Source: the human T2T-CHM13v2.0 reference genome, Homo sapiens
Assembly: GCF_009914755.1 (NCBI RefSeq)
Contig: NC_060936.1
Strand: one strand, 5' to 3'
Length of the DNA: 64,000 nt
The first letter of the stretch is position 1. Every line of letters begins with the position of its first letter. The position numbers and the translations under genes were made by a program. The notes under the pieces are model-generated. The model worked only from the letters and a program-made list of their open reading frames with translations, ran no database searches and was not told the DNA's origin. Shown piece after piece: positions 1 to 12,504 of this stretch.

Positions 1-345
1 TGGTGATAGAATAAATGACTTCTCAAAGAAATCCACACTTTTGAAAAGAGAGACATGAGGGAGAGACTCAAAGTTACAAATGAACATACATCTTAGTCCT
101 TCGTTTCTAAATCCAAATTCCATCCTCCCCAGACCGCTCACAAGGAAAGATAAAAATTATCCCTTTGACACAACTCATTCACTTACCTTACATTTGCAAG
201 GTAAGATTGTGGGACAAGACAGGTCCAGCTAACATTAGTTTGAGAACCCTTTGGAATAAAGAGACCTCAAAGAGGACTAAGTTTCTTTCTTTTAAAATAG
301 ATGTTCCTTAATTTATGTCTACTTCTAGGAATAGCAAATTAAAGG
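1..345. repeat. Inverted duplication, copy A (3' flank; truncated by the window edge)
   Basis: Reverse complement of 7386-7743; the first 63 nt differ at one position, about 90% identity overall by eye. Confidence 0.95.
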
Positions 346-639
346 CATCCAAAGTTTAGACAAATTTTAATAACATCAATGAAAGATGCTGATCCACTTA
401 CTTCCTCTGGACATCGTGTACCACCTAAGAATGATCTAAAGAAAAATAAGTACTGCAGTTCAAGCTTAATTGCTGTTTATCTTTTATTCATTTAGGCAAA
501 TTAAAAAATTAAAAGGCTGTTATGATTTCTTTAGTAATGTTTTCTTGGAAACTTAAGAATCCCATCTCTCAGAGAAGCACATCTTTTTAAAAGAAAGTTT
601 TAAAATTCACAAATACAAATTGTATATATTTATGGTGTA

Positions 640-800
640 TAATGTGGTGTATATATATGTGTGCAATACATATATAGATATGCACATATATGCATTTATA
701 TGTATACATACATATGCACATACATATATGTGCCTATGTACATATGCACATACATATATGTGCATACGTACGTATGCATATACATATATGTGCACACACA
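640..800. repeat. PAH 3' AT-rich 30-bp VNTR, short (~3-unit) allele
   Basis: 30-nt period at 711-740, 741-770 and 771-800 (catatgcacatacatatatgtgc..), ~3.4 kb downstream of the stop codon. Confidence 0.9.
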
Positions 801-961
801 TTGTAAAATGATTAAATCAAGGTAATTAGCATATCCATCACATAACATATTTATATTTTTGGCGGGTGAGAACATTAAAATCTACTCTTAGCAACTTTCA
901 AGTTTCAAGCAATTTTACTTTCGAAACTTCACAGGAAATCTATTAAAAGACAGTGACCATC

Positions 962-996
962 TGTGTGTGTGTGTGTGTGTGTATGTGTGTGTGTGT
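962..996. repeat. (TG)n microsatellite
   Basis: tgtgtg run with one interruption. Confidence 0.95.
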
Positions 997-1336
997 TGAG
1001 GGTGCATACACACTTTACTGGGAAGAAGATACTTTAAACACATTTTTAATCTTTCCTTTGCAAAATAAATACATTTTTATATACTTTCTTAATTTTGTTT
1101 CCTCGATGATTTTTTTCTTTTTTTTGCAAATGTTAGAGAAGTCACTAAATGCTTTCTGAGCATTTCAGCCTGACCATGGACAACTGTGAAGTTTCACTGG
1201 TATAATTTTTTATCTTTATTTATCAACAAACATTTATTAAGCACTTACCATAGTGCAGTTATTATCCAAGCAGCATAAATACAAACTAGCCATAATCTAG
1301 TCTAAACTAGATATAAGGGGTAATATCTTTCTTTTA

Positions 1337-1678
<342 letters not shown>

Positions 1679-1887
1679 TTAAAAGAAAAAATTACAAATT
1701 TAGTTGTTTCTAAACTTTTCTTACACAATAGTTTATTTGTGATAAACAATTTTCGCTACCTTCCCTGTGATGCAGCTCACACAGCAACTGTTTTAAAATA
1801 AATTATTGAGCATCTATTATGGGCTAAGTGCTAATGGTTTTAGAGGTGAAAATAAAGTCAAGGTTTCTGTTTTTATAAAGCTGACAT

Positions 1888-1893
1888 TTTATT
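1888..1893 (-). terminator. Distal poly(A) signal AATAAA (long 3' UTR)
   Basis: Minus strand CCAATAAAATGTCAGC with U-rich sequence downstream, ~2.27 kb after the stop codon. Confidence 0.55.
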
Positions 1894-2789
1894 GGTGGAT
1901 TTTTTGAAACACAACTAAATTATATAACTTAGAAACCTACAGTTAAAATTCAGATTCCTACTTTCAGAAACTTATTAAACATCAATGCCACATGCTTAGA
2001 ATTTTTTATGTATTTATTTTGATTGTACTCAGCAAGATCATCTGTCAGTAAAGACTGATACTGTTTCTAAAATATTGCTCATTTACTAGAAATTAAACAA
2101 ATAAAAACACTTACATATTGGAAATTTATTAAATCCCATAGCTATAGACTGGGCTTTTATATCTGGATAAAAAAGAGCTAAGAACTGAGTAGCACATTAC
2201 CAAAAATACAAATATTATCTTTCATTCAGTATGTAACTTCCTGTGAAAATCATAACTTAACCGAAACTTTACCTTCAAGCTCATTAAAACATCTTTACTG
2301 GACTAAAACTCACTCTTCAATATTGTCAAAAATATTATCTAATATTTAAGTTCCAGAGTCAATAATTAACTTTTCATGTGAAATGAAGAAACATCAGAAT
2401 AATCCCTTTGCAGGGATTGTTTGGTGTTTAGAGTAAAAGCAGAGAAAAAAGTCCTTTTTCACTTTTAAAATCAGTGGGTTTTACAAAGGCATAAACATAG
2501 ATACAGGCATAAAATTCCAACTTCAAAACAATGAAACTTCAGACACATTCAGTAAATTCCTCTTTCCTCCCAGCTGGCATATATAAGCAGGTATTGTAAC
2601 ACCCCATCAGTGGATCAGGCATAGCTATATAAAGACACATATGAACACTTGAATCATATTTCAAGGCTGCAATGGACCTTGGTTTATAAAGTTTAACTCC
2701 CTCATTGTTAGAGTGACACTGAGGTCTAAAGAAGGGAAACAGCTTATCCACATTGACATCATTGGCAGTGGCAGACTGACCACCACAAA

Positions 2790-2960
2790 TCAGGTTTTCT
2801 CAAACTGAATGTACCTGATAGAATTTGGCTATGAATAATTAAAAAAATGGGGTACTTAAAAATACAGGTCTCTGGGCCTTATCTTCAGAGATTCAAATTG
2901 GGTGGAGCTGGGAAGGTACCCAGAATTTGCTGTTGATGATACTACAGCTGTTCTGAGAAC
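2790..2960. mobile_element. MER5-like hAT DNA transposon fossil in the long 3' UTR
   Basis: caggttttctcaaactg...cagagattcaaattgggtggagctggg...ctgagaac pattern. Confidence 0.5.
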
Positions 2961-3318
2961 TAAACTCAAAGAAACACTATGCAAATTCTTTAAGACTTAA
3001 CTATTTCCAAAATAAAATGTAAAGTAGTATGAGAATTTCAAATCATAGCTACAAAGATATTGTTTTTTTTCTCCCCACTGCTTCTCAGATATTCATGTTT
3101 TCATGGCAAACACACAATCAACAAAAGTCAAAGTCCGTTGACTGTCCAGGCATGACTTTGAGTGTCACAAGGAGCCCCTGCAAAGGGTTGGAGATATGAG
3201 CCTCTGGCCATTTTCTCATGTTACAAAACTATCTAGCTAATGTATTTCTAAGGCAGTGAGAGGAATATTTCATTCCAGGAAATAACTGAAACAGTGAAAT
3301 TGTTTAAACTACTAATGT

Positions 3319-3324
3319 TTTATT
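3319..3324 (-). terminator. Proximal poly(A) signal AATAAA
   Basis: Minus strand GTAATAAAACATTAGTAGTTTAAACA followed by U/GU-rich sequence (TTTCACTGTTTCAGTTATTT); matches the classic PAH cDNA end as I recall it. Confidence 0.8.
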
Positions 3325-4153
3325 ACTAATACAAATAAAAATTTCACATTTATACAGATTTGCTTTTCAATAATGTATTTACTTATTTATTCAGTGAACA
3401 TTTCCTGAATATCTACCAACCAAGCCTTTAGTCAACATCTGCTGCATCATAAATGTCCTCAAAGTGTTTCCCAAAACAGACTTGATAATTAATTGGAAAA
3501 TGATACTGGAAGTTATGGGGATTAGGTGCAGAGTTTTATTACCTTATACAGCAGTATTTATGATTACAATAAAACATACAAAAATGTTTTTATATTAATA
3601 TAATACTAAAGAAGTTCAATGCTTGTAACTATTTTAATGGGCTTCTGACTTAAAGAAAATTTACTTAGGTACAATAACAAAGTAGTAATTGGAATCATAG
3701 TTAACTAAAATAGAAAATAAACTTCATAGGTTACGATTTATATTAAGCCCAATAATTCAATTCTAATGACAGTCTTGTGTTTTACATTTAGCCTTATATG
3801 CTCCTTTATGAGTTCTCTGCAAAGCATATATGAAGCTTGAATGAAGCAGGTCCCAAATTTTAATTAATCTTGATGAAATGCGACAGATTACTGATTTAAC
3901 TCAATTGAGAGTATGGGATTATCATCTCTAAATCAAAGATGACCCCAAAAGATTTACCATTATGCTCTTGAGTATGTACTCATATCCTGTCATTTCAGAT
4001 TATTTTGACTTATTTGTTGTTTCTCCATCTTGTAAAGGATTTAAGGCTGTTATTTCAAATTAAGGTTTGCTTTTCGGACTTTTTCTGATGAAAGAAATAG
4101 TTGGATCTCCATCAACAGATTCACAGCTGACAGACCACATTCTGTCCATGGCT

Positions 4154-4197
4154 TTACTTTATTTTCTGGAGGGCACTGCAAAGGATTCCAATTTCAC
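4154..4197 (-). CDS. PAH: PAH exon 13 coding part (44 nt, c.1316-1359, includes TAA; tetramerisation helix)
   Basis: tttgtag|GTGAAATTGGAATC...ATAAAGTAA; (S)EIGILCSALQKIK*. Confidence 0.99.
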
Positions 4198-5373
4198 CTA
4201 CAAAGAAAAACACCATCAAAATGGGCCACTTGTATAATAAGCAAAAACTCTTCAAGTGTCCTCAGTGCAAAGCACTAGGGGATAAGTGGGCTTCTTGGAT
4301 GAGCTGGGTGCCACCCCAACTTTCAAGGAGCTTACAGCCTCATTATGGTATAAGTACTTGCATGTTTTAGAAAATGCCAGAGCCATTAATGTAATCAGCA
4401 TCCCTTTTCCATAGGTCACTTCCCAGGGAAGGACTTAACAGGTCTCTCCCCAGGCAAATCATTAGCTGTTCCATTTCTCTTTTACATTACCATCTGCATA
4501 TGCTACAAGAAGCGAAATCATTGAACCTAATAGTATGGTTCACACAAAACTCTAGTGTCAGAATCACCTGAGGTCTATAAACTCCCAAAAGTTATCACAA
4601 ATTTGGTAAATTTAGCCTTGGCTATGACTCAAAGCTATTAATTTTTAGCTGGCTTTTCATTTGATTCTGATGCACATTCAAATTTTAGAATCCATGGTCT
4701 AAGCAGATAACTCAGTCTAGATGGCAAGATCACTGGATGAAGGTGTGATGCAGCCTTCCATTTATGCTATGTCTTCACATACCAGGTAAATGAGATTGGA
4801 AAGGAGAACATTTTAAACATAAACAACTGCATGGGCAAGGGTTAGGAGTCTGGAAAGAGCATGAGAACTAAAAATTGATCAGTGTTGCTGGAAGAGAGTA
4901 TGAAGGGCTAGAGAGATAATCAGGTGATAAATGAGGTAACCCTGTGATATTCTTAAGGGCAATTATTATAATATTCTCATTATGAAGGAAGAGTGGAAGG
5001 CCAACAGATGAGCCACTGGACAGCTTATAAAGTGGATAGAACCAGGCAGAGTGATAACAACTGGACACTTAGCGTAGAAGGGATGGAGAGGCGAGGGAGA
5101 AAAAGGAACATGGCAGTGACAGACCAAGTGTGGAAAGGTGGAATGATGGTAGGAGGTGGAGTGGAATCTAGGAAGGTCAAAGGAAAAAGGACACAAGGGT
5201 AATTCTGACCTTTTTGTCAAGTTCTTCTCCATCAATGAACCCATGGCTTACATGGAGGTGCTTTTCTCCTTAATTAAATATTTCAATAAATTTATTATTT
5301 TTCCTATGGCGATGGTAGGGAAAGACAGTCTTCGATTACTGAGAAACCGAGTGGCCTCGTAAGGTGTAAATTA

Positions 5374-5571
<198 letters not shown>

Positions 5572-5934
5572 TTACTTCTTTTTTAGGAACACGGACACCT
5601 CCCTAGAGCAGGGTCTTCAACAGCCAGGGCTGAGGCGGGGGGAATGGAGTTTTAATGAGTCTTCTTGGGAAGCCTCTGTGTGTGTGTATGTGTATGTACA
5701 AACACATATATACACATGTTTATTTAGTCCCCTGGCTCCAAGAAAACAGAGATAGCTTACAATGAAACTACTGAATACAATAAAGCCACAAACTCCTATC
5801 ATTAAATAAAATCAAGAGTAAGTAAAATCTAGCTAAAGAATGCTATATAGAGGGAAAAAAGCTCTGAAATGGTTGACAATCAATGCAGAGGGAAATAGCT
5901 CTCAAGTGGTGAAGAAAGCACTATGTTAATAATG

Positions 5935-6600
5935 AAATTTAACATTGATGGAGTACCTTCTATGTTCCAAGAACTATGTTAAGTTCTAACTGTCCAATGC
6001 TCTTTACAAATATCCTTCCTTATTTAACCTTCACAAAAACCTTAGGAGAAAGGCACCATTGCTATACCCATTTTATGGATGAGGAAACAGGCTTGGGAAG
6101 GCTGCGTGACTACTAAGGCCATACTGTCAGTAAGTTATGCAGCTGGGAAGGAACCCAGGCAGTCTGACACTGGCCTGGACCCTTTGCTTTCCTGCCTTCC
6201 CAGTGCCTTACTCCTGGATCTGGGAGAAATCCACCATGAGGGCCTCTATGAGGGACATCATGCAATACCATTAACAAGATGTTGCAAAGTAATCACAGAT
6301 TTCTAAGTTGGCCTCTGGTGAACCTATAAGCTGCTGTACTGAAAATACAATGTTACGGGAGACAGTAGGGACCTCCAAGTTTGGCAAGAGTGGCTCCCCA
6401 AGTTCCAAGTCAAGCTGCCTGGGCTGAAACCCTGCCTCTGTCTATTATGGCCCTTGTGACCATGGGCACAGGGGACCACTCTTCTGTACCCCAATTTCCT
6501 CTGTAAAATTGGGGCATTAGTGGTACCTGCCTCAGGGGGTTGCAGCAAATGCTGTTATACTATGGTGTAAGTGCCCTATGAGTGTTAGTTGCTATCTTTC
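5935..6600. mobile_element. MIR fragments (two, opposite orientation)
   Basis: cccattttatggatgaggaaacaggctt core and cccaatttcctctgtaaaattgggg core. Confidence 0.65.
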
Positions 6601-7385
6601 ATGAAGAACAAATGGCCAAGTATATATTTCCACCTCTTCTTCTCTGAAAGGAGCTGTCTCAACCCAGCTGGTGGCATGAGCCACATGTTACACATCTGTG
6701 ATTTTGCCTGCTCTGCACCTCTTCCTCCTTCTTCCCATAAAGCAGCTCATTTTTGCTTTGGGTGATTTACCCCTACCCTACTAGGTGTGTATCAGTCCAG
6801 AAGTCAGTATTCGGTGCCAGCCCTCCTCTGGAAAGGAGGTAGCATGTGAACCATGCTCAGCCAATCACATCTCTGCCTACAACTTGAATCTTAAAACTCC
6901 AAGTGGTTAGAATTGGTTTCTCTTGGCTGAGATGCTTTGAGGGAATCCAAAGGGATGTGCAGATTCCTTGTTTTGAACTCTGTTCTTTAGCATTCTCTTT
7001 GATTCTCTGAGCCACTTCTCAGCAGAATGGGGTTTTCATGGTTGTTTCCCTTGAGGCCTCGGTACTGACAGGCCTGTTTCCTGGCAAGCTCTTCCCTGCT
7101 GGTCTGGGACTGATCACTTGCTGGTTAGAGAGTTGTCTCCAGGAGGGCCCATCCAAATGTGATCTTGGCATGACAGGGTGCTCATCAGCACTGCCTCTAA
7201 GCTCCAATGCCTGGGTCCAAACCTTGGGCCTTGGAGGGAGAGGGGGATGATGCTGGAAGGAGGCTAGGCTCCCAGTTTAGGAGAGAATTAAAAAAGCAGA
7301 GCCAGAAGGACTTGAGAGCTCTGGACAGAGCTGGAGAAATAGTCATTTTAGGCCACACCAAGTGGATTTGTGGGCCAGCATTTTA

Positions 7386-7743
7386 CCTTTAATTATCTAA
7401 AGATAGTAGACATAAATTAAGGAATATCCATTTTAAAAGAAAGAAAGTTAGTCCTCTTTGAAGTCTCTTTATTCCAAAGGGTTCTCAAACAAATGTTAGC
7501 TGGACCTGTCTTGTCCCACAATCTTACCTTGCAAATGTAAGGTAAGTGAATGAGCTGGCAAAAGGATAATTTTTACCTTTCTTTGTGAGGGGTCTGGGGG
7601 GGATGGAATTTGGATTTAGAAAGGAAGGACTAAGATGTATGTTCATTTGTCTTTGACTTTCTCCCTTATGTCTCTCTTTCCTCCCTCATGTCTCTCTTTT
7701 CAAAAGTGCGGATTTCTTTGAGAAGTCATTTATTCTATCACCA
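7386..7743. repeat. Inverted duplication, copy B (intron 11)
   Basis: Reverse complement of 1-345; carries an extra ~20-nt internal tandem duplication (ctcccttatgtctctctttc / ctccctcatgtctctctttt). Confidence 0.95.
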
Positions 7744-8623
7744 CTCCCCTCCATTCCTCTGACCTCTCAGAGGCCATAGATAGGGTTGAAAGCTAACATA
7801 CCCAGTGTCATAGACTCCCAAAGGCCTGTATGTTCCATGCCTGTCATCCATCACTGATAAGATTTTTTTAAGTGGTAACATACAGTGAGTATTAGGATAT
7901 TCATGTCCAGGTGGACCCTCTGCCCAGTCTGTCTCCTGCTTGGGTGCAGGAACTGTGCACTCAGAGGGCCAACAGTCTCAGAGTCCCAGAACCACTCCAT
8001 CAGCCTCTTGCTGAACTGCCTCTGGGATTAATGCCTTCACCAATTATTTATTGAGTGCTTACTCTGTGTCAGGTATTGTTCCAGGGGCTGGAGGAAAAAC
8101 AGAAAATAGAAAGAACAAAATTTCTACCCTCATGGAGCTTACCTTATGTAATATATTACAAGTTAATAAGTATTACAGACGCACTGGTGGCAGGGATGAG
8201 TAGAAATAAGTTGGTTAGAGAAAGACATATAGAGATTAAATTTGGGTAAAGACACAAAGGAGGAAGCAAATTTTGTAGGTGTTTGGGAGAAGAAAGTGAA
8301 GAAAGGACTTCCTAGGTTATAAGACTTCTTTGATTTTGTGGGGAGACTTCTGTGGCCACTCTGTATGCAGGAGGGTTCAGTGTCTTGACTTGGTGGTTGC
8401 GTTGAACAGGGACCAGGTGGCAGGGGTGTGTGCAAAGGTCAGCATGCCCAACCTTCCAACAGAGAACGGAAGAAAAGGAGGGTGGAGAACATGGGAGAGA
8501 AACTGTCTATGGTACAAAGTTGCTGTAGACATTGGAGTCCACTCTCCTGGCCAACCACCCACAGATGAGTGGCACCAGTCAGGAGGCCCCCAGAGCTAGT
8601 GGCTCACCTTTGTCACCACCTCA

Positions 8624-8779
<156 letters not shown>

Positions 8780-9311
8780 TTATTATCACTGTTAAATCAG
8801 GATCAGTATTCCCTGCTGCATCCCATAGGCCATTTGTGCCCCTTCTCTCATCTCACCCCGATTCCTTCTACATCACAGCCCAAATGCTGTGAGCCAAATT
8901 ACTTTGCACATACTAGGTTCTACCCTTCATAGCTCATCTAAAACCTACAGCCAAGGGAGAAAGGAGTAATTCATTCCAATTACTTTCAAGTAAAGTGGTC
9001 AATAGATGACGTGGGAGCCAACCACACTTTCTGGCATGTGTTTGCATACTCACAAGGCTGCATGCATAGGTCAGCCTTGGAATCAGGAGGCCCCTTCTCC
9101 CCAGAGATATGTGTACTTGCAATTCCATTTCTATCTGTAAAACCCACAGCCATCATCAAATCATAGCTGCTAAGGTACCAATCACTGGAGAATGAGTTCC
9201 CAGGTTGCATATCAAAACGGATACAAATAGGGTTTCAACAATATTGAAAGCACAATAATGGTTTTCTGTACCCACCACTTTTAAATCTATCCTTGGTTCC
9301 TGTGAAGGTCA

Positions 9312-10037
<726 letters not shown>

Positions 10038-11873
10038 CACCTCAAAGAAGGAGAAGGCAGCAACTGCCCCAGTGCCATGGACAGGATTGCCCAGGTAGAA
10101 GCCTGTGCAGGTTTGTTCTCTGAATCAGCATGACCTGTGATCACGTCTCTGTGTCCTGTGTCTCACTCTATCTAGTCACCTGTTGAGTGCTGGCTGAATG
10201 TAAAGCATGATGGAAAATATCAGGAGGTACTAAGAAGCCCCAAAAGGAGGCTCCCAACAATTTGTTCTCCATATGACAGGAACTCCTCCATCTCTTTTGT
10301 TTTTTTCTCTGTGGTGTCAACTAGACTGAGATGTTCCTCAGATGCTCTGAAGCTGGCAGAGCTCATTAGGCACAACAGTGGGAGGTAGCAGATTGGGTAG
10401 TGATAGAATCAGTGAGGAGAATGTCCCATCATCCATGCTAAAACTTGGGGATGTTTCTGAAGTCAACTACTGCATTTATGCAAATAACCAAGTACTTTTC
10501 TTTCAATAACTGACAGTTCAATATGTCCTAGAGAGTTGGCCTGAAAAAAAGAATATTGGGGTTCTGGGGCTAAGAGGAACCCAGAGCTCAGTTAGCTGCT
10601 GGAGACAGTCACAGTTTTGGAGAATTAGGGGTAGGTTATTAGTTACATCTGTTTATTGGACTAGAAAATGTTAAACCTGGGAGGGCTGTCAGAGCTCAGT
10701 CAGTCTGACCTCCTCACATACAGGTGAGGAGTCTTCAGCCCAGGAAGGTAAGGCAACATGCATGTAGTTACACAGCAAATTAAGGGCAGCAAGAATCCAG
10801 GACTGTTCCCCAACCAATCAGTAACATTTTTTCAATCAGTAACAATTTTTTAGAAAAGTCGCATTGGTGATAAGTCATTTTAATATTGTTATGGCAGATA
10901 ACATGATGCTTTGACTTCCAAGTTTATTTTCTTTGTAGAGATGAGAAATTCTATCTAGCTCTGTAACTTCTTTGAAAGCCGCTCCTTGTATCTCTGTAGC
11001 CTCTGGCATTTAAAAACCCATGTTCACAAAAATTTAAATAATTCAATTTAAATAGTTAAATTTTTAGTTGCCTTTGAGATGGGCAAGATATGAGCTATTG
11101 CATCCCATTGTTAGAGATGAGGAAGAAAAAGCCACTTGTCCAGCACCTGAAAGCAGCTGTCAGTGAGAAGATAACCTTCTGGGAGTTTTTAGCCTTTTGA
11201 TGGAACGAGTTCATAAGCTTCTAAACTGATATATCTTAATAATAGATTTGCACTCATTGGCAGTCCACAATTCAATTATAAATGTTTATTTTTCAACTTC
11301 CAGGACAGGCAATGTGGCTAGTGGCTGGGGTGGGATGTACTAAAATTAGAAACGAGTATGAAGGAAGGAAATCACCTGCTATGTAGAATTGCTTCTATAG
11401 CCCCAGTGGACAAGTGTCATCAGATATACTCAGGAGAGGAAAGTGTTCAGCAAGAAGGGGAAAGCCCACCCCCATTTCTCCCTCATGTCTGAGAAAGAAA
11501 AGATCCTAATGTATGCTCTGGTGTGAAAAGTAGAGATGTAAACATTCCATGTTCAAAGCTCTGGATCCAGATTACTTCATACACACACTTTATGCCAAGG
11601 GTTTTCAAGGGCTACTATTATAGCCTGTTGGTGGGTTCAAGATACTGCTTAAAATTTAAGAGATGTAAACATCTGTAGGTAGCTGATTTCAAAATCAAAT
11701 TATTAAGGAGAAATCTATCAAAATGTGAAGTTTCACTTGTGCAAATGTAACCCACCACATTCTGATTTTTTTCCCCAGATAACCTGGCTTCCAGGGGAGT
11801 AGGAAAGTTTCAAAGACCTGAGGGCCATAGACTATAGCACTCCACCATCCACCCAGGGAGAGAAGGGACTTAC

Positions 11874-11930
11874 TGTGGCGAGCTTTTCAATGTATTCATC
11901 AGGTGCACCCAGAGAGGCAAGGCCAATTTC
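11874..11930 (-). CDS. PAH: PAH exon 9 (57 nt, c.913-969)
   Basis: ttacag|GAAATTGGC...GCCACA|gtaagt; EIGLASLGAPDEYIEKLAT. Confidence 0.99.
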
Positions 11931-12504
11931 CTGTAATTGGGGGAAAATAGAACCTGTTCTGTTCCTGTAATTGGAACCACAGAACCAACCTAGTACTTGG
12001 CCATAAAAAGGTGATGGGTGGCCAGATGCCTTCAGAACAGCCCACATAGACCCTGAGTGTGTTATCAAGTCTTTCCTGCCCATATGTTATAGAATCACAG
12101 ATCTCCAGGGTAGGGGGATCCTTCCACCCTCACTTGGCCCTTTGTTTTCACTTTATAAGTGAGGAAATTGAGGCACAGAGAAGGGAAGTGACTTGCTCAT
12201 GATCACAGGGTCGGTTAGTATCTAAAGCTTCTTCTCTTGACTCCAGCTCAGTGATTATTCATCAGCAGAACATTCCTGGAATGTTAAATGAGTCTTAATC
12301 ATGTACCCTGGAAACATCACAGGAGAACTGCAGATAAGTGGTGACATCGGTCCAGGCATATATATAGCTGGAGAGTCTAACACATCATGGATTAATTCTC
12401 ACCACAGCTTCTGTTGCAGAATTCCTCTACTGTCTCATTGTCTCTTTTACAGCACTTACTGCAGCCTGCCTTGTGTGTATGTGTCTTTCCTACTGTATAT
12501 ATTA

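Larger units (their letters stand above)
1868..4153 (-). other. PAH: PAH 3' UTR (short form ends near 3302, long form near 1870)
   Basis: AT-rich sequence directly after the stop codon; AATAAA at 3319-3324 and 1888-1893 on the minus strand. End points are inferred. Confidence 0.75.

Noticed and set aside
10815-11065. Tiny duplications and short hairpins (caatcagtaaca x2; aaaaatttaa..ttaaattttt; also 34147-34183 and 44041-44065)
   Set aside because: Short, AT-rich or simple slippage events expected by chance.
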